A DNA stretch of 64,000 nucleotides from Zygnema circumcarinatum SAG 698-1b (lineage: Eukaryota; Plantae; Zygnematophyceae), in the NCBI GenBank assembly GCA_037447605.1, contig CM074808.1:124001-188000 (forward strand). Reading direction: 5' to 3'. Below, one piece after another: positions 37,211 through 50,800 of this stretch. The notes under the pieces are model-generated. The model ran no database searches. It was not told the DNA's origin and saw nothing but the letters and a program-made list of their open reading frames with translations. The stretch's first letter is position 1, and every line of letters starts with the position of its first letter. A program made the translations under genes and the position numbers.

Positions 37211-38669
37211 CAAGTGCAAGTGCGCGCATGTGCCCGCCGTGACGTGACGCGGCCGACGAATTTGTTCCTATGGCTGTTGCGATTTTTGGTTGGCTCGACG
37301 CCCGTTTGGATGCCTTCCGCCAGCGCGTGCGTGCGTGCGCCCATCGCTCATTGTAATGCGCGCACGGCCCCGGAAGGAAGGAAGCGCCCCACTCCTCCGC
37401 CGATCCTCGCCACTTTTTATCGACAGCGCATTTCCGTCGTCCTTCAGGGTGCCTTCCTCCTCGCTTCTTTGCTCCTTCGGCGTGAAGCCGCGGTTGCTGG
37501 TGGCCGTGCGTGGCGGTGGCCTTCCGCTGCTCCCTCCCTCCCTCCTTCCGCGCGATGTGATGTGAAGTGCCGCACATCGCATATAGCGACCGTCGCGGGT
37601 GCTACGAGGGAGGGAGGGCTTGAAGCGTTGTTGAGCCTAGGCCTAGCTTTCCGCTTCGAGCTTTTTTCTTTTGTGCTTAGGTCCATTGCGACCAAGTCCC
37701 TCGTGGTTCCCCATGCGGAATTTGTCCATGTACATTTGATGGCATCACCATCGTGAGATCAATGTCACTTCCTTTCTCTTTTTTTAGGTAATGCTTCCAA
37801 CCATTCCAATGGTTGCCAACCATTGGCGTCGGACCGAGTCGCAACCATTGCTTCCAATGGTTAGCCCAATCCCGCTCCCTTGTGCCTCGCCGCCGCCGGC
37901 CGCGGCCGTACCATGATTAGGTCAACGCGTTTACCAAAACAATGACGTCAGAACGCCGGAAAAGTCTCTCTCGGCCATACGTAGAAGTACGAAATGACGC
38001 CATCTTATTCGTACAGTCCAGCCGTGCGTACGGACAAACCGCGGGCGGATTCCTCCGGACAGTGCGGAGGGGGCCTGTCGGCCACGTGGCGCTGCTCGGC
38101 GTGGCAGCCATGGCCGGGCGGGGGGGGGAGGAGGGGGCGGAAGGGGCGGAGAGGGCGGGGCTGCGGGGGAGGTAGGGCGGGGCGGCGGCGGGGAGGAGGG
38201 CGGGAGGCGCGGGGGGAAGAGGAGGGGCTGTCGAGGAGGGCGGGAGAGGGAGGAGGGAGAGGGGACTGGGGTGGAGGCGGAGAGGGGAGGGGAGGGGAAA
38301 AGGGAGGGGAGGGGAAAAGGGAGGGGAGGGGAAAAGGGAGGGAGGGAGGGAGAGAGGGAGGGAGAGAGGGAAGGAGAGGGNNNNNNNNNNGAGGGAGGGC
38401 GTGAGGGAGTGAGGGAGGGGAGGGAGGGGAGGGAGGGAGGAAGGGGAAGGAGAGGAAAGGGAAACGAGAGAGAGGCCGAAGAAACGCCTTTGAAGAAAAT
38501 TGTTGAGCAAGAGGGAGAGAGTTTGGGGTTGAGGGAGAGCCTGCAAGGAAGGAGATAGAACTGAAGCATAGAGGAAGGTTTCGATGCAGGCCTTGTAAAG
38601 AATTGCAATTTTGTTCCAAGGTTTCATATCGGTTTTCAAGTTTCCAGCTTCAAAATTATTGCAGCGGCA

Positions 38670-41118
38670 ATGGATAAAGGCTTAGAGAAGTCCGATGTGG
38701 CTGTCATGGAGTGGGAGAGGAAACGAGAGGCGGAAAAAGAGGGAGAGAAACCAGCGGAAGTGAGAGATGGAGAGCGAGAGGGAGATGATGAGAGGGAGAG
38801 TAGGGGTCACGATGCCTCAGACCTTGTAGCTGATAGTGTTGGGGTTTCTTTCAAGCTGAAACCTACGGCGGAGGGTTCAGGCGGAGTCATCCTCAAGGAA
38901 GGTGTTGCGGTCCAGCAGGAGGGTTTGAATCAATCAGTCGGTGAAAAAAGAGGCGCAGAAACTTTGGATAGTACTGAGAAAGAGGCGAAAAGGGCTCGGA
39001 AGGAATGTTGGGTTGAGAAGGTTTGTGATTGCAAACCTGCACTTTTTGTTGGTAATGTAGAGGAAGGTTTGCCAAGGCGGGTAAGTCAATGAGCTGCTTA
39101 CGTATTTATTTATAGTAAATTTGGGAGTAGGAGTAAGTTTGGACGAAGAAAATAATAAAAAGAAACAAGTACACTTCAAGGGATGATCTCTGTCTGCTGA
39201 TTCGTTGATCTCAGTTCAGTTCAGATTAACTGTCGCAGCAATATTTGCAGATTTTCAAATCGTCAATTTGTGTTTTGCTGTCGCTGTCAGTTTTTTGTTC
39301 TATATCGAACTTGAACTTCGTGGTCAGTCCGATTTTCGCATGCTGCGATGCTTCAAGAACCTCGTTCCATTCAACACTTATGTTTGCTGAACAAATGTTT
39401 TGATGTAGATGGAAAATGTTACACAATAGACCCCTTTTTCGGAGTTTAATTTGTTTCCTTTGTTTTACTTTATTGGCTTTTGCAGAGTGCAGATTTTGTA
39501 TCAGCAATCTCCTCTGCCGAGGTCCAGAACTGTGATGATGCACGAGCCGTGCATGTGGATGTGAACATCACTGTACACGGCCCAACATCATCATCAAGTG
39601 ATGTAGCCCATGTTGTCCATGACGTTGCCGGCCGCAGTCAGTCTAAATCCAACGGAAATTCAATGGAATCTGCAGCAAAGGACTCGTTTTCCGTTGCAAA
39701 ACAGAGCAGGAGGGATGAGGGAAAAAAGACTCATTCAGTGCAAGAGCAGCAAAATGTTATGTCTGAAGTTACCCTGGACAGAGAAATTGGAATAGGGAGT
39801 GGAACGAAAACTGGAACTGAAACGGAAGCTGTGGTTACATGTGGGATTGATACGGCTTCCAATAGAGATGGAACCAAAAGTAGCTATGAAATCTGTGAAG
39901 GGCAAAGTGGCAGAGAAATGGACGGTCTATGTTCCCATTCAACGGAAGCAACTGAGCAGTATTCGGAACAAACATTGAACGGAACTATGAGGGTATCTAT
40001 GAGAGCATCGTCAAGTCTTCCCGGCGCAGTTACGGAATCGAATGTAAATTTAATGTTTGGAAACAGAGCAATTGGTTTGTCAGAACCCAATAGACGAGAA
40101 GGTACAAAACCCCTCTCCTGGAAGGCAAAAGTTTGCTGAGATTGAGTTTTCCGTAGAACGGAAGCATGAAGGTGGTCCTGATCCTTCTGCACTCAAGTTA
40201 ACAACTCCTCAGTTTGTTCGTTCCGATCTGTTCTGATTGCATAGATTCTGTGAATTTTTAGCCAAATGTCTCTTGTACGAAGTTCTCAAAGGTGCCCAGA
40301 GAATGTAAATCTTTTCCTTTTGTTTCTGTTCTAATACTTTAACCTCTTCTCCACTCTCTCCCCCTCCTACTCCCGCTAATTCTTCAGAGGTGGCCGTACA
40401 TGTTCCACCAGGCTCTACTGCGACCCTTTCGGAGGTCGCACAAAATCGATACGAACACAGCGCAGATATAAAATGTCCGGTTTCTCCCGCAAACGACAAA
40501 ACATTGGAGGCAATTGGGTCCCAAATCACTCCTAGTGGAACCGAGGACTTTGAAACTGTTCACAATTCTGGACCTAAAATTGCTGTCGACGATTCTGACT
40601 TTATGAAGAAGGACGAAAAAGCAGGAGAGATTTCTCAACCGCCGTCTGAAAGGGGTCATGGAGAGGGGGTCGTGAGCAACGGAACTGTTAGAATGGAAAC
40701 TGGAACGGAAACGGCAGTGGGAACGGAACTGGAGGCACAGAACATCGTGAAGAAGGAGAGGTGGGAGGACGGCGGGGAAGTGAAGGAACATGAGGCCGCC
40801 AACGGTAAGGAATCACAAAAGAATGTTTTTGAAAACTTTGAGGACCCTAATTTTCTAAGAAGCCCGAAACTCTCTTAAATCGTTAGGTAACACAAAGTTG
40901 CACTTAAAATCCTGATGGATCGTTTTCTTAGGTCTTGGAAAGACACCGTAGTAGTAACCTTAGAAGAATCTTGAGTTGTTTGAAATGATTCGAGAAGGTG
41001 AAGTAAAGCCCTTTGAAAGTATTGAAGAAGAATTTAAGACCAAAATCCATGTAGAACGTTGACGAGGCCTGTCAACTGGTTGAGAACATAAAAAATTGAT
41101 GAAGTTGACATCTATGTC

Positions 41119-41192
<74 letters not shown>

Positions 41193-43730
41193 GCAGGAGA
41201 GATGGAACACAAGGAGGAGAGGTCTCAGCTCTCACTAGAGCAGGCAATGAAGGCTTTGGCAGCGATGCAGAAGATTACTCGCAATGCGGAAATAAAAAAG
41301 CTGCAAACGGAAGAGAATGCGAGGTCTCTAACGACGGATTTGGACATTCAGTTAAAGTCTGCGAACGTGGAAACTCTTAAATTGCAGAAAAAGTCGGAAT
41401 GTGCAGAACTTCGACTTAGTGAGCTGGAAGAAGAGTACAAGAAAAAGTGCAGGGAGTGTTCGGAAGTGGAAGCGGAGTTGACTTTAGTGAGAGAAGAGGC
41501 AGCTACGAGCTCTGTGACCAAGGATAAGCTGAATAGGTGGCTGAGGAAGAGAGATAAAGAGCACTGCGACGAGGAGGTAAGAGTGGTGAAAATTGACTTA
41601 GAAAAAACCCAGTTTTTGAATGAGGGTTTAAGGAGAGAAGTGGAGGACTTGAACGCGAGTTTAGGGGACGAGAAGCAGAGACGGCAAATGGCGGAAGAAG
41701 AGACCGCCAAACTGCAGAAAGGGGCGGAAGAGAGGGAGGTAGCGGTCGAGAGAGAGGTCGCGGAAAGGGAAAAGGAGAGAGAGCGGGAGAGTGAGAGGGA
41801 GAGGGAGAGGGAGAGGGAAAGGTGGGAGGAGACAGATAGAGAAAGGGAGACGGAGCACACAGGCAAACTTGCAAGACTTGCGGCCGAGGTTGAAGGTTTA
41901 AAGAGCGGAAACGCTCGTCTTGAGAGCGAGATTGCTTCTCTTCAAGAGCGCTTAGAGAGGGAGATGGAAAAGGGGAAAGAGCGGGAAAGGAGGGAGAGGG
42001 AGAGGGAGAGAGAGAGGGAGAAAGAGAGGGAGATCGAGAAAGGGAGAGAGAGGGAGAGGGGGAGGGAGAGGGAGGAGGCAGCAAAGGTGCTCACAGATGA
42101 TAAACGGTATTGGTGGCTAGAAGCGAATGAGAGAAGCAGGAAAATTGGAGAACTTGAAGTTGAGTTGGAGAAGGCCAATGGGGTTGAAGCCGCGCTTTTG
42201 GCGAAACTGCACAAAGAGACGCGAGCCTCATTGTAAGTAGGGAACGTGACGTGACGTGACATGACGTGACGTGACATTTGATGGGTTTGCTATGGGATGC
42301 ATTGTAATGTGGGTGATGGGGGACGGATGTGAGGGGATGGGATCCATGGATGGTGGAGAGTCGGGCATCATGCATGCATGGCATTGTGACATGGCAGAAC
42401 ATGGTGTTACATGTCATGTAGTGGTGCAGTACGGGGGAGTGGGGTTTACATGGGACTGCAGCATAGCATCCGTGACGTGACACGATGTGGCAGGATGTAG
42501 TGTGACGTGATTTGTGATGTGTTTGGAATGACTTATGTGATGTGGCTCCGCACATACTGTTGGTAAGCTCGTGCATGCATAGGAATCTTGCATCTTGTTA
42601 TGATGTCTGACAACCCGAAAACACGGAAGATTGCGATGTAGACAAGAGGGGGTTTGAATTCACAATTGCTGAAATTGATCACTCAAATGCTTCAGAGGAG
42701 AAGTCCATACATTATCGAAGTAACCCCCATTCACATCCTTGTCAAGAAGTCGATCGTCACCTTTTTGATCAATCTTGTCCATTAGTCTGTTTATTGACTG
42801 ATCAATTGATCATGAATTGGATGACTATTGCATGCAGTGCAAAAGCCGCCGGTCGGGACGAAGCGAAGCTGAAGAGGTTGCAGGAGCAGGTGGAGGAGCT
42901 GCAGGGTGACGTCACGCTTTGGCAGAGACGAGCCACAGAGGCGGAGGTCGAGAGGGACAGCTATCGCAGCTTTACGGAAGACAGTGCAGAGCAGCTCAAA
43001 AGCTTAAGGTGAGAATGCACAACAATAAAGAGGGACGCTGAATGAAGCTAAGTTTCTTGGAAACTTGGAAGATGAGCTGTCTGGAAATTCCCAAGATTCT
43101 GATAAAGGCTGAACCTTTTTTTGTTTCCTTACCTCTGATTTATTGGGTATGTTCTTGAGACTTTTCCTTTCGAGTGGCGGGTTGAGGGAGGGCAGGCAAG
43201 AGCTGTTTGCAGCAAAGTCTCAATTGGCGGTCATGCAGGAACAGGTGAGAGAGGACCACTGCCTCTGAAACTGTAACTGTGAATGTGACCGTGACTGTAA
43301 CTTCAGCTGTTACTAAAACTGTAATTGTGACTGTTTAGCTTAAACTGTAACTGTATGGATAACCGAACCTTTACGGCCTTTCTTAGATATGTGCCTTCAA
43401 GACATGAGTGTAGCCGAATGATGAGAATGCCATGAACTGTGGTGTAACTGTGATTGTGACCGCCACTTGATGTGTAACAAGACTTAGGGTTTGCCCGGGT
43501 TTCCAACACTTCTAGTGGGATGCTGTGTGTGTTCCATATTAGCAGCCATGGATCTGCTCGGCCAGGACGCTGACCTCCCGCTCTCTCTCTCTTTTTCACT
43601 CTCCTCTCACCCCCCCCACTGCCCCACTCTCTCTCCCTTTGTCTGTGTACAGCTGCGCTTCCAAGCCCGGTCGATCCCGCCCCCTAAGGCAGATTCAGAC
43701 ATGGATGACGAGCGTGCATATCGCGAGCAG
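38670..43730 (+). CDS. Unidentified large protein: low-complexity acidic N-half and long coiled-coil C-half (3' end not resolved)
   Basis: Long open exons 38670-39082, ~39485-40130, ~40390-40805 and 41197-42232 (Glu/Arg heptads). Further exons at ~42838-43008, ~43195-43243 and ~43652-43730. The 42232/42838 junction is phase-consistent. Confidence 0.55.
41117..41193. repeat. (GAT)n microsatellite ending directly at a 3' splice site
   Basis: Direct; CAG acceptor at 41194-41196. Confidence 0.9.
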
Positions 43731-44867
43731 GTCACCCTTCGCATGTTTTAGTACCGTTTGGTTCCGTTCCGTTCTGTTCTGATGTATGCCTTCAACACGG
43801 TGTTATGGAGATGTTCAAACAGCTCAAATAGACGCAGTTTCAAGGCAAACCTACAGGGTTGTAGAGTGGGAAGGGAGAGCTAGTGGGAGGGGAGGGACAG
43901 GTGGCAAGGATCGGGAGGGGAGGAGAGGAAGGCCTTTAGCAGATAAGAGAGGGAGAATTTAAGGACTGAGAGAGTAGGCTCAAGGGACTGCTGGAACAGT
44001 GTTAGCGTAGTTTTTACGAGCTTGAGGGCCTTTAAGAAGGAGAATGGGTCTGTATAGCGGCGTTCCCCGAGGCGCGAGTGCGACCATGTATAGAAGGACT
44101 ACTATGAATATAGCTTTTCATGTGGACATTTGAAAGGCTTTTTGGTTGTGCACCATCCGCTTGCCAAAAATGGCTGACTGAACTTACGAAGTGACCGACT
44201 GACCATCAAATGACCGTTCTTGGAGGTAATGCCACTGCGTGCACCACGTCGTACATAGCTTGGCATGGTGCCACGAGGGATGACTAGTATAATTCCCTGA
44301 AATTTTACTCCAATGAAGCATTATATTTACCCTAAAAACCAATACCCGGCTGCAAAGTTGCCATTTGATGTACCGGCACACCCACTGACGTCTCCAGAAA
44401 ATGGCTATCGGAGCAATGGTGTGGCTAAACTTTATTGATCATTTCGCACTTCAGTACATGGCCACAAATAGGTTCGCAGTGAAGTCCATATCATTCTTAC
44501 CTATCCTTGAGTCCAAGTAAAACTAAACCGAACTAAACCCGCATAGAAGCGCACCCTAATTTGTGGGAGCGCATCCATGTTTACCCCTCAGCCCGAGACC
44601 TGCGCTTTTACTCCCCTTTGGATACATCCGTCTATATGTACACAGCTGCCTCCAGTTCTGTTGAACTAACCCTGTTCTGCATGGAACCTCACCTACCTAT
44701 TATAATGAAAGACTGTGCTCTCCTTCGGCACACGTGTCCTCCACCTGCGGTCTCTCCCTTGCAGACAGTCCGTAGGCTTTCCAGGCGGACTAAATACAAA
44801 TATCTTACAAATTTTGAGTAGAACGAGGAGACATAGAACACGCGGAACATACATAAACTCGACTTAA

Positions 44868-47800
44868 TTATTCCGACAAATCAGCACGAGTCCAACCGTA
44901 GGTGCGCGTCAGCCGGATCTGCAGAAAGGAAATGGGAAAATCATGGGCTCAGATTACAAATCCTAAAAACCCTAAAGCCTAAACCCTAAAAATCAAAGTA
45001 TCCGGTTCCGAATAAAAGCTACAATCCCCAAAAACCCTGAATGTCACCCCAATACCCCCACAATGTAAAAAACTCAGAAACCTCCAAAAACTCCGAGCAC
45101 CCTGAACATTGTAAAGCCTAATGTATTACAACTCTAAAACCCTGAAGCTCTAAAACCCTAAAGCCCTAAAACCCTCAAGCCCTAAAGCCCTACACCAGGG
45201 GAGCCCAGGAAAAGGTGGTTTCTGTTCAAAACCTGCGCAAATGCGAAGATGGCACGAATCACTCGCGCATAGTCGGTGCCCACCGCCCTGATCGCCACGT
45301 CAGCAAAGAAGGTGCCCCAAAGTCTGCCATACAGAACAAACGAATAAGGTTTTTGAGGTTCAGGGTTTTAGGATCAGCAATTTTAATGCTTAGTGTTTTA
45401 GAACTATAGGGTTTAGGGTTTAGGGTTTAGGGTTTTGAAGGCTGCGCTCACAGCGGGCCAAGCAGCATCATAGAGCTCCGCAAGCCGACATAGCGGGTGG
45501 CAGCTCCGGTCAGACCCTGGCAGAGAGCCCTCAGAAAAGGAAACTTCGTATCATTTTCATAGAAATTCCAATGTGCTACACAAATACGATGAATAGAAAC
45601 ATGAACATATACGATAAAGACGGAGCTACTCGTTTTTAAAACAGCAATACGAACCAAATAATGCGAGAGAAAGATGCTGGAGAGAGAGGAAAGGAGGGAG
45701 AGAAAGAAAGAGGTGTATGGAGAGCTGGAGGAGAGGGGAGAAAGCAAAAGGAGAAAGGGAAAGGGGGGGGCGGGGGGGGCGAAAGAGAGAGAGAGAGAGA
45801 GAGTGGGAGCGGGAGAGAGATTTAGAGTTTTTCCAAACCTGCCGTGCTGCCAGCACTGCCAAGTGAGCTTCCAGCTTGGAGGCCACCATCTGCCCGCCCT
45901 GCTCAGAGAGAGGGATGCTGACGTGTTAGGGTTAAGGTTAGGCATAGGGTGAAGATTAGATTAAAGTCGAAGATAGGGTTAGGACTTGGGGTTAGGGCTA
46001 GAGTTAGGGCTGAGGTTAAGGGTAGGGCCAGGGTTAGGGTTTAAAATAGAATTCGCGTAGGATTAGGGCTATGGGTAGGAGTACAGGAAGGGTCCGAGTT
46101 AGGGTTAAGGTTAAATTTAGGGTTAGGGCTAGGGCCAGGGTTAGGGTTCAAGCTAGGGTTAGGGTTTAGGCTAGGGCTAGGGCAAGGGCTAGGGCTAGGG
46201 CTAGGGCTAGGGCTAGGGCTAGGGCTAGGGCTAGGGCTAGGGCTAGGGCTAGGGCTAGGGCTAGAGACTGGGAGCTAGGAGCTAGGGCTAGGAGCTAGGA
46301 GCTAGGAGCTAGGGCTAGGAGCTAGGAGCTAGGGCTAGGGCTGGGAGCTAGGAGCTAGGAGCTAGGAGCTAGGAGCTAGGAGCTAGGAGCTAGGAGCTGG
46401 GGCTAGGGCTAGGGCTAGGGCTAGGGCTAGGGCTAGGGCTAGGGCTAGGGCTAGGGCTAGGGCTAGGGCTAGGGCTAGGGCTAGGGCTAGGGCTAGGGCT
46501 AGGGCTAGGGCTAGGGCTAGGGCTAGGGCTAGGGCTAGGGCTAGGGCTAGGAGCTAGGAGCTAGGGCTAGGGCTGGGGCTAGGGCTAGGGCCAGGGCTAG
46601 GGCTAGGGCTGGGAGCTAGGGCTAGGGCTAGGAGCTAGGGCTAGGAGCTAGGGCTAGGGCTAGAGACTGGGAGCTAGGAGCTAGAGGCTAGGGCTAGGAG
46701 CTAGGAGCTAGGGCTAGGAGCTAGGGCTAGGGCTAGGGCCAGGGCTAGGGCTAGGGCCAGGGCTAGGGCTAGGGCTAGGGCTGGGAGCTAGGGCTAGGAG
46801 CTAGGAGCTAGGAGCTAGGAGCTAGAGGCTAGGGCTAGGAGCTAGGAGCTAGGAGCTAGGAGCTAGGGCTAGGGCTAGGGCTAGGGCTGGGGCTAGGGCT
46901 AGGGCCAGGGTTAGGGTTCAAGCTAGGGTTAGGGTTTAGGCTAGGGCTAGGGCCAGGGTTAGGGTTCAAGCTAGGGTTAGGGTTTAGGCTAGGGCTAGGG
47001 CCAGGGTTAGGGTTCAAGCTAGGGTTAGGGTTTAGGCTAGGGCTAGGGCCAGGGTTAGGGTTCAAGCTAGGGTTAGGGTTTAGGCTAGGGCTAGGGCTAG
47101 GGCTAGAGACTGGGAGCTAGGAGCTAGGAGCTAGGAGCTAGGGCTAGGGCTAGGGCCAGGGCTAGGGCTAGGGCCAGGGTTAGGGTTCAAGCTAGGGTTA
47201 GGGTTTAGGCTAGGGCTAGGGCCAGGGTTAGGGTTCAAGCTAGGGTTAGGGTTTAGGCTAGGGCTAGGGCCAGGGTTAGGGTTCAAGCTAGGGTTAGGGT
47301 TTAGGCTAGGGCTAGGGCCAGGGCTAGGGCTAGGGCCAGGGCTAGGGCTAGGGCTGGGGCTAGGGCTAGGGCCAGGGCTAGGGCTAGGGCTAGGGCTAGG
47401 GCTAGGGCTGGGGCTAGGGCTAGGGCCAGGGCTAGGGCTAGGAGCTAGGAGCTAGAGGCTAGGGCTAGGAGCTAGGGCTAGGGCTAGGGCCAGGGCTAGG
47501 GCTAGGGCTGGGGCTAGGGCTAGGGCCAGGCCAGGCCAGGCCAGGCCAGGCCAGGCCAGGCCAGGCCAGGCCAGGCCAGGCCAGGCCAGGCCAGGCCAGG
47601 CCAGGCCAGGGCCAGGCCAGGCCAGGCCAGGCCAGGGCCAGGCCAGGCCAGGCCAGGCCAGGCCAGGCCAGGCCAGGCCAGGCCAGGCCAGGCCAGGCCA
47701 GGCCAGGCCAGGCCAGGCCAGGCCAGGCCAGGCCAGGCCAGGCCAGGCCAGGCCAGGCCAGGCCAGGCCAGGCCAGGCCAGGCCAGGCCAGGCCAGGCCA

Positions 47801-50800
47801 GGCCAGGCCAGGCCAGGCCAGGCCAGGCCAGGCCAGGCCAGGCCAGGCCAGGCCAGGCCAGGCCAGGCCAGGCCAGGCCAGGCCAGGCCAGGCCAGGCCA
47901 GGCCAGGCCAGGCCAGGCCAGGCCAGGCCAGGCCAGGCCAGGCCAGGCCAGGGCCAGGCCAGGGCCAGGCCAGGCCAGGCCAGGCCAGGCCAGGCCAGGC
48001 CAGGCCAGGCCAGGCCAGGCCAGGCCAGGCCAGGCCAGGCCAGGCCAGGCCAGGGCCAGGCCAGGCCAGGCCAGGCCAGGCCAGGCCAGGCCAGGCCAGG
48101 CCAGGGCCAGGGCTAGGGCTAGGAGCTAGGGCTAGGGCTAGGAGCTAGGAGGCTAGGAGCTAGGAGCTAGGAGCTAGGAGCTAGGAGCTAGGAGCTAGGA
48201 GCTAGGAGCTAGGAGGCTAGGAGCTAGGAGCTAGAGGCTAGGGCTAGGAGCTAGGGCTAGGAGCTAGGGCTAGGGCTAGAGACTGGGAGCTAGGAGCTAG
48301 GGCTAGGGCTAGGGCTAGAGACTGGGAGCTAGGAGCTAGGAGCTAGGAGCTAGGAGCTAGGAGGCTAGGAGCTAGGAGCTAGAGGCTAGGGCTAGGAGCT
48401 GGGAGCTAGGGCTAGGAGCTAGGAGCTAGGAGCTAGGAGCTAGGGCTAGGAGCTAGGGCTAGGAGCTAGGAGCTAGGAGCTAGAGGCTAGGGCTAGGAGC
48501 TAGGAGCTAGGAGCTAGAGGCTAGGGCTAGGGCTAGGAGCTAGGAGCTAGAGGTTCCTCAAGATTTCAAGATTTTAGGGTTCTACGGTTTCAGGGTTATA
48601 ACTGACCTTCACAATAATCGAAAGAATTTCCTCTCCCCCCAACTTTAGGGCAGCCAGTAAGTTTCCTTTCAGTTTTCCGTTTCTCACGCTCTCCTGATTG
48701 TTAACACTTTGAGAAAACGCCCGCGCTGAATTCGCCGATTCATTTTTGTTTTGACTGTCACCGTTGGCCGTTCCAGAAAGGGACACATAGAACATCAGAG
48801 GGATGAAGGCATTGGCATCACTCCCTCTCTCTCGCTCTCCTTCTCCACTCCTTTGAACAGATAAAGACACTCTATCACTATCTCTATCCCTATTCCCGTC
48901 TCTGTGCCTCTCCCGCTCCCCCTCTCTCTGCCCCTCTTGTTCCCACTTCCTCCACTTCCGCTCCCCCTCTCACCTTCCCCCTCCCTCTTTCCCCCCCCAT
49001 TACCCCCACTCTCTCTCTCTCGCGCACCCTATCTCCCCTCCCCCTCCCTCCCTCCACCCATGACCCTTTCTCTCCTCTCTCCCCTCCCTCCCCTCCTTCC
49101 CCTCCCTCCCCTCCCTCCCCTCCCTCCCCTCCNNNNNNNNNNGGAAGGGAGGGAGGGAGGGAGGGCGGGAGGGAGGGAGGGAGGGAGGGAGGGGAGAACG
49201 GTGGAAGAACGAGAGAGGGGAGGGAGGCAGAGAGGGGGAGAAGACAGAGAAAGAGGGAGCGAGGTAGAGAGGGGGAGAAGAGAGAGAAAGAGGGGGGGAG
49301 TGGGAGGGGGAGGGAGAGGGAGAAAGGGAAGGGAAAGTGAGAGAGGTTTCAGAGGGAGAGAGAGACGCGGGGGGTAAGCTAGCCACCTGAGAGTCGCTCG
49401 GGCGTCTGCTGCGAGGAAGAGAAACCTCGCCTCCAACCTCCTAATGAGCACCTCCCTCCCTCCTCCCTCTCCCTCCTGCAGCGCTGCCTCGATGGGCTCT
49501 CCCCGACCTCCGTCTCCCCCGGCGAGCGACTTCACCAGGGGGCTCAGCAGACTGGGAAGTCGCAAAAAGACAAGGTGCCAAACGGTTTAATTTTTTTGGG
49601 TTAAGGGAATAGGGGATTTAGGGTTGTCAGGGTTGACAGGTTTAAGAGGGTGTTTTGAGGTTTTCTGTCTACCAGGAAGTTTGAGGATTTTAGGGTTGTG
49701 AAAAATGGAAGACAAGTGTATACGGCGGTTCTTGTCTTGGTTAAAATCTTTGTGGCTGCTAATGAAATTGCAAAATAATCATTTGGAAAGAGAGCCGAAA
49801 AGGGGGAATTGGGAGGCGGAAGGGAGAGAAAGAAGGAAGGGCAGAGCGAAAAAAGCGGAAAAACGGGGAGGGAGGGCGAGTCAGAGTGGGCGTGAGAGAG
49901 AGAAAAGAGAATGTCAGACCTGAAGTCTATGGTGCTTGAATTTGGAAGAGTGAGGGACTTAGAGAGGGTGAGAGAGGGTGGAATCGAGAGGGAGGGTGTT
50001 AGAGTGTGAGTGGCAAGGAGTCGGCATGGAGAGAGGTGGTGAGAGTGGAAGGGAGGGAGAGGGAGTCACAGGGAGTTTGCATGAGCGGGAGGGAGTGGGA
50101 GTGAGAGGAAGGGGGGGATAGTGGAGGCGGGAGTGAGAGGGTGGCGGAGGGACTGATCCTGTACCTCTGTCCGTACAGAATGTCTGAAAGCTCTCTAAGC
50201 TCTTCTGCGGTGGCCAAGTCCAAAACTCGGTAGAGCTCGTCGTCTCCGTCTGCCCCCTCCCAGAAAAAGGGAAACGAAAAAGAAATTCCATATAACCTTT
50301 GCTGATAAAGAAAACCTTCGTACACTCTCTATCCCTCTCTCCTATCTACCTCTCCCTCTCTCTCTTTCCCTTCCTCTCCTTTTCTCTGCCACTCTTTATC
50401 TCCCTCACTCGCTTTCTCTCCGCGCTTCTCTCTCTCTCCCTCTCCCCCATCGCTCCTGCCTCCCCACGCTCCCCTCTCTCCCATCTCTCTGCCACTCTCT
50501 CTCCCTCTCCCTCTTTCTCCCGCTTCCTCTCTCTCTCTCCGCCATCGCTCCTACCTCCCCACACTCCCCTCTCTCACCTCTCTTCTGTCACTCTCTCTCC
50601 CTCCCCTCACTCCCTCTCCCTCTCTCTCCCGCTTTCTCTCTCTCTCCGCCATCGCTCCCACCTCCCCGCACTCCCCTCTCTCCCCTCGCCTCAGCCACAC
50701 TCTCTCCCTCCACTCTCGCCCTCTCCCTCTCTCTCCCGCTTCCTCCCTCTCTCTCCCCACAGTTTACATTTTTAGGGTTTCATCTCAAGTACGAGCGGGA

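Noticed and set aside
42240-43480. (GTGAC)n and (ACTGTA/ACTGTG)n degenerate runs
   Set aside because: Ordinary intronic simple repeats. Similar runs occur at ~16385, ~62750 and ~63780.
46856-47065. NPNPGPSPSL repeat ORF
   Set aside because: Translation of the satellite's 48-bp unit.
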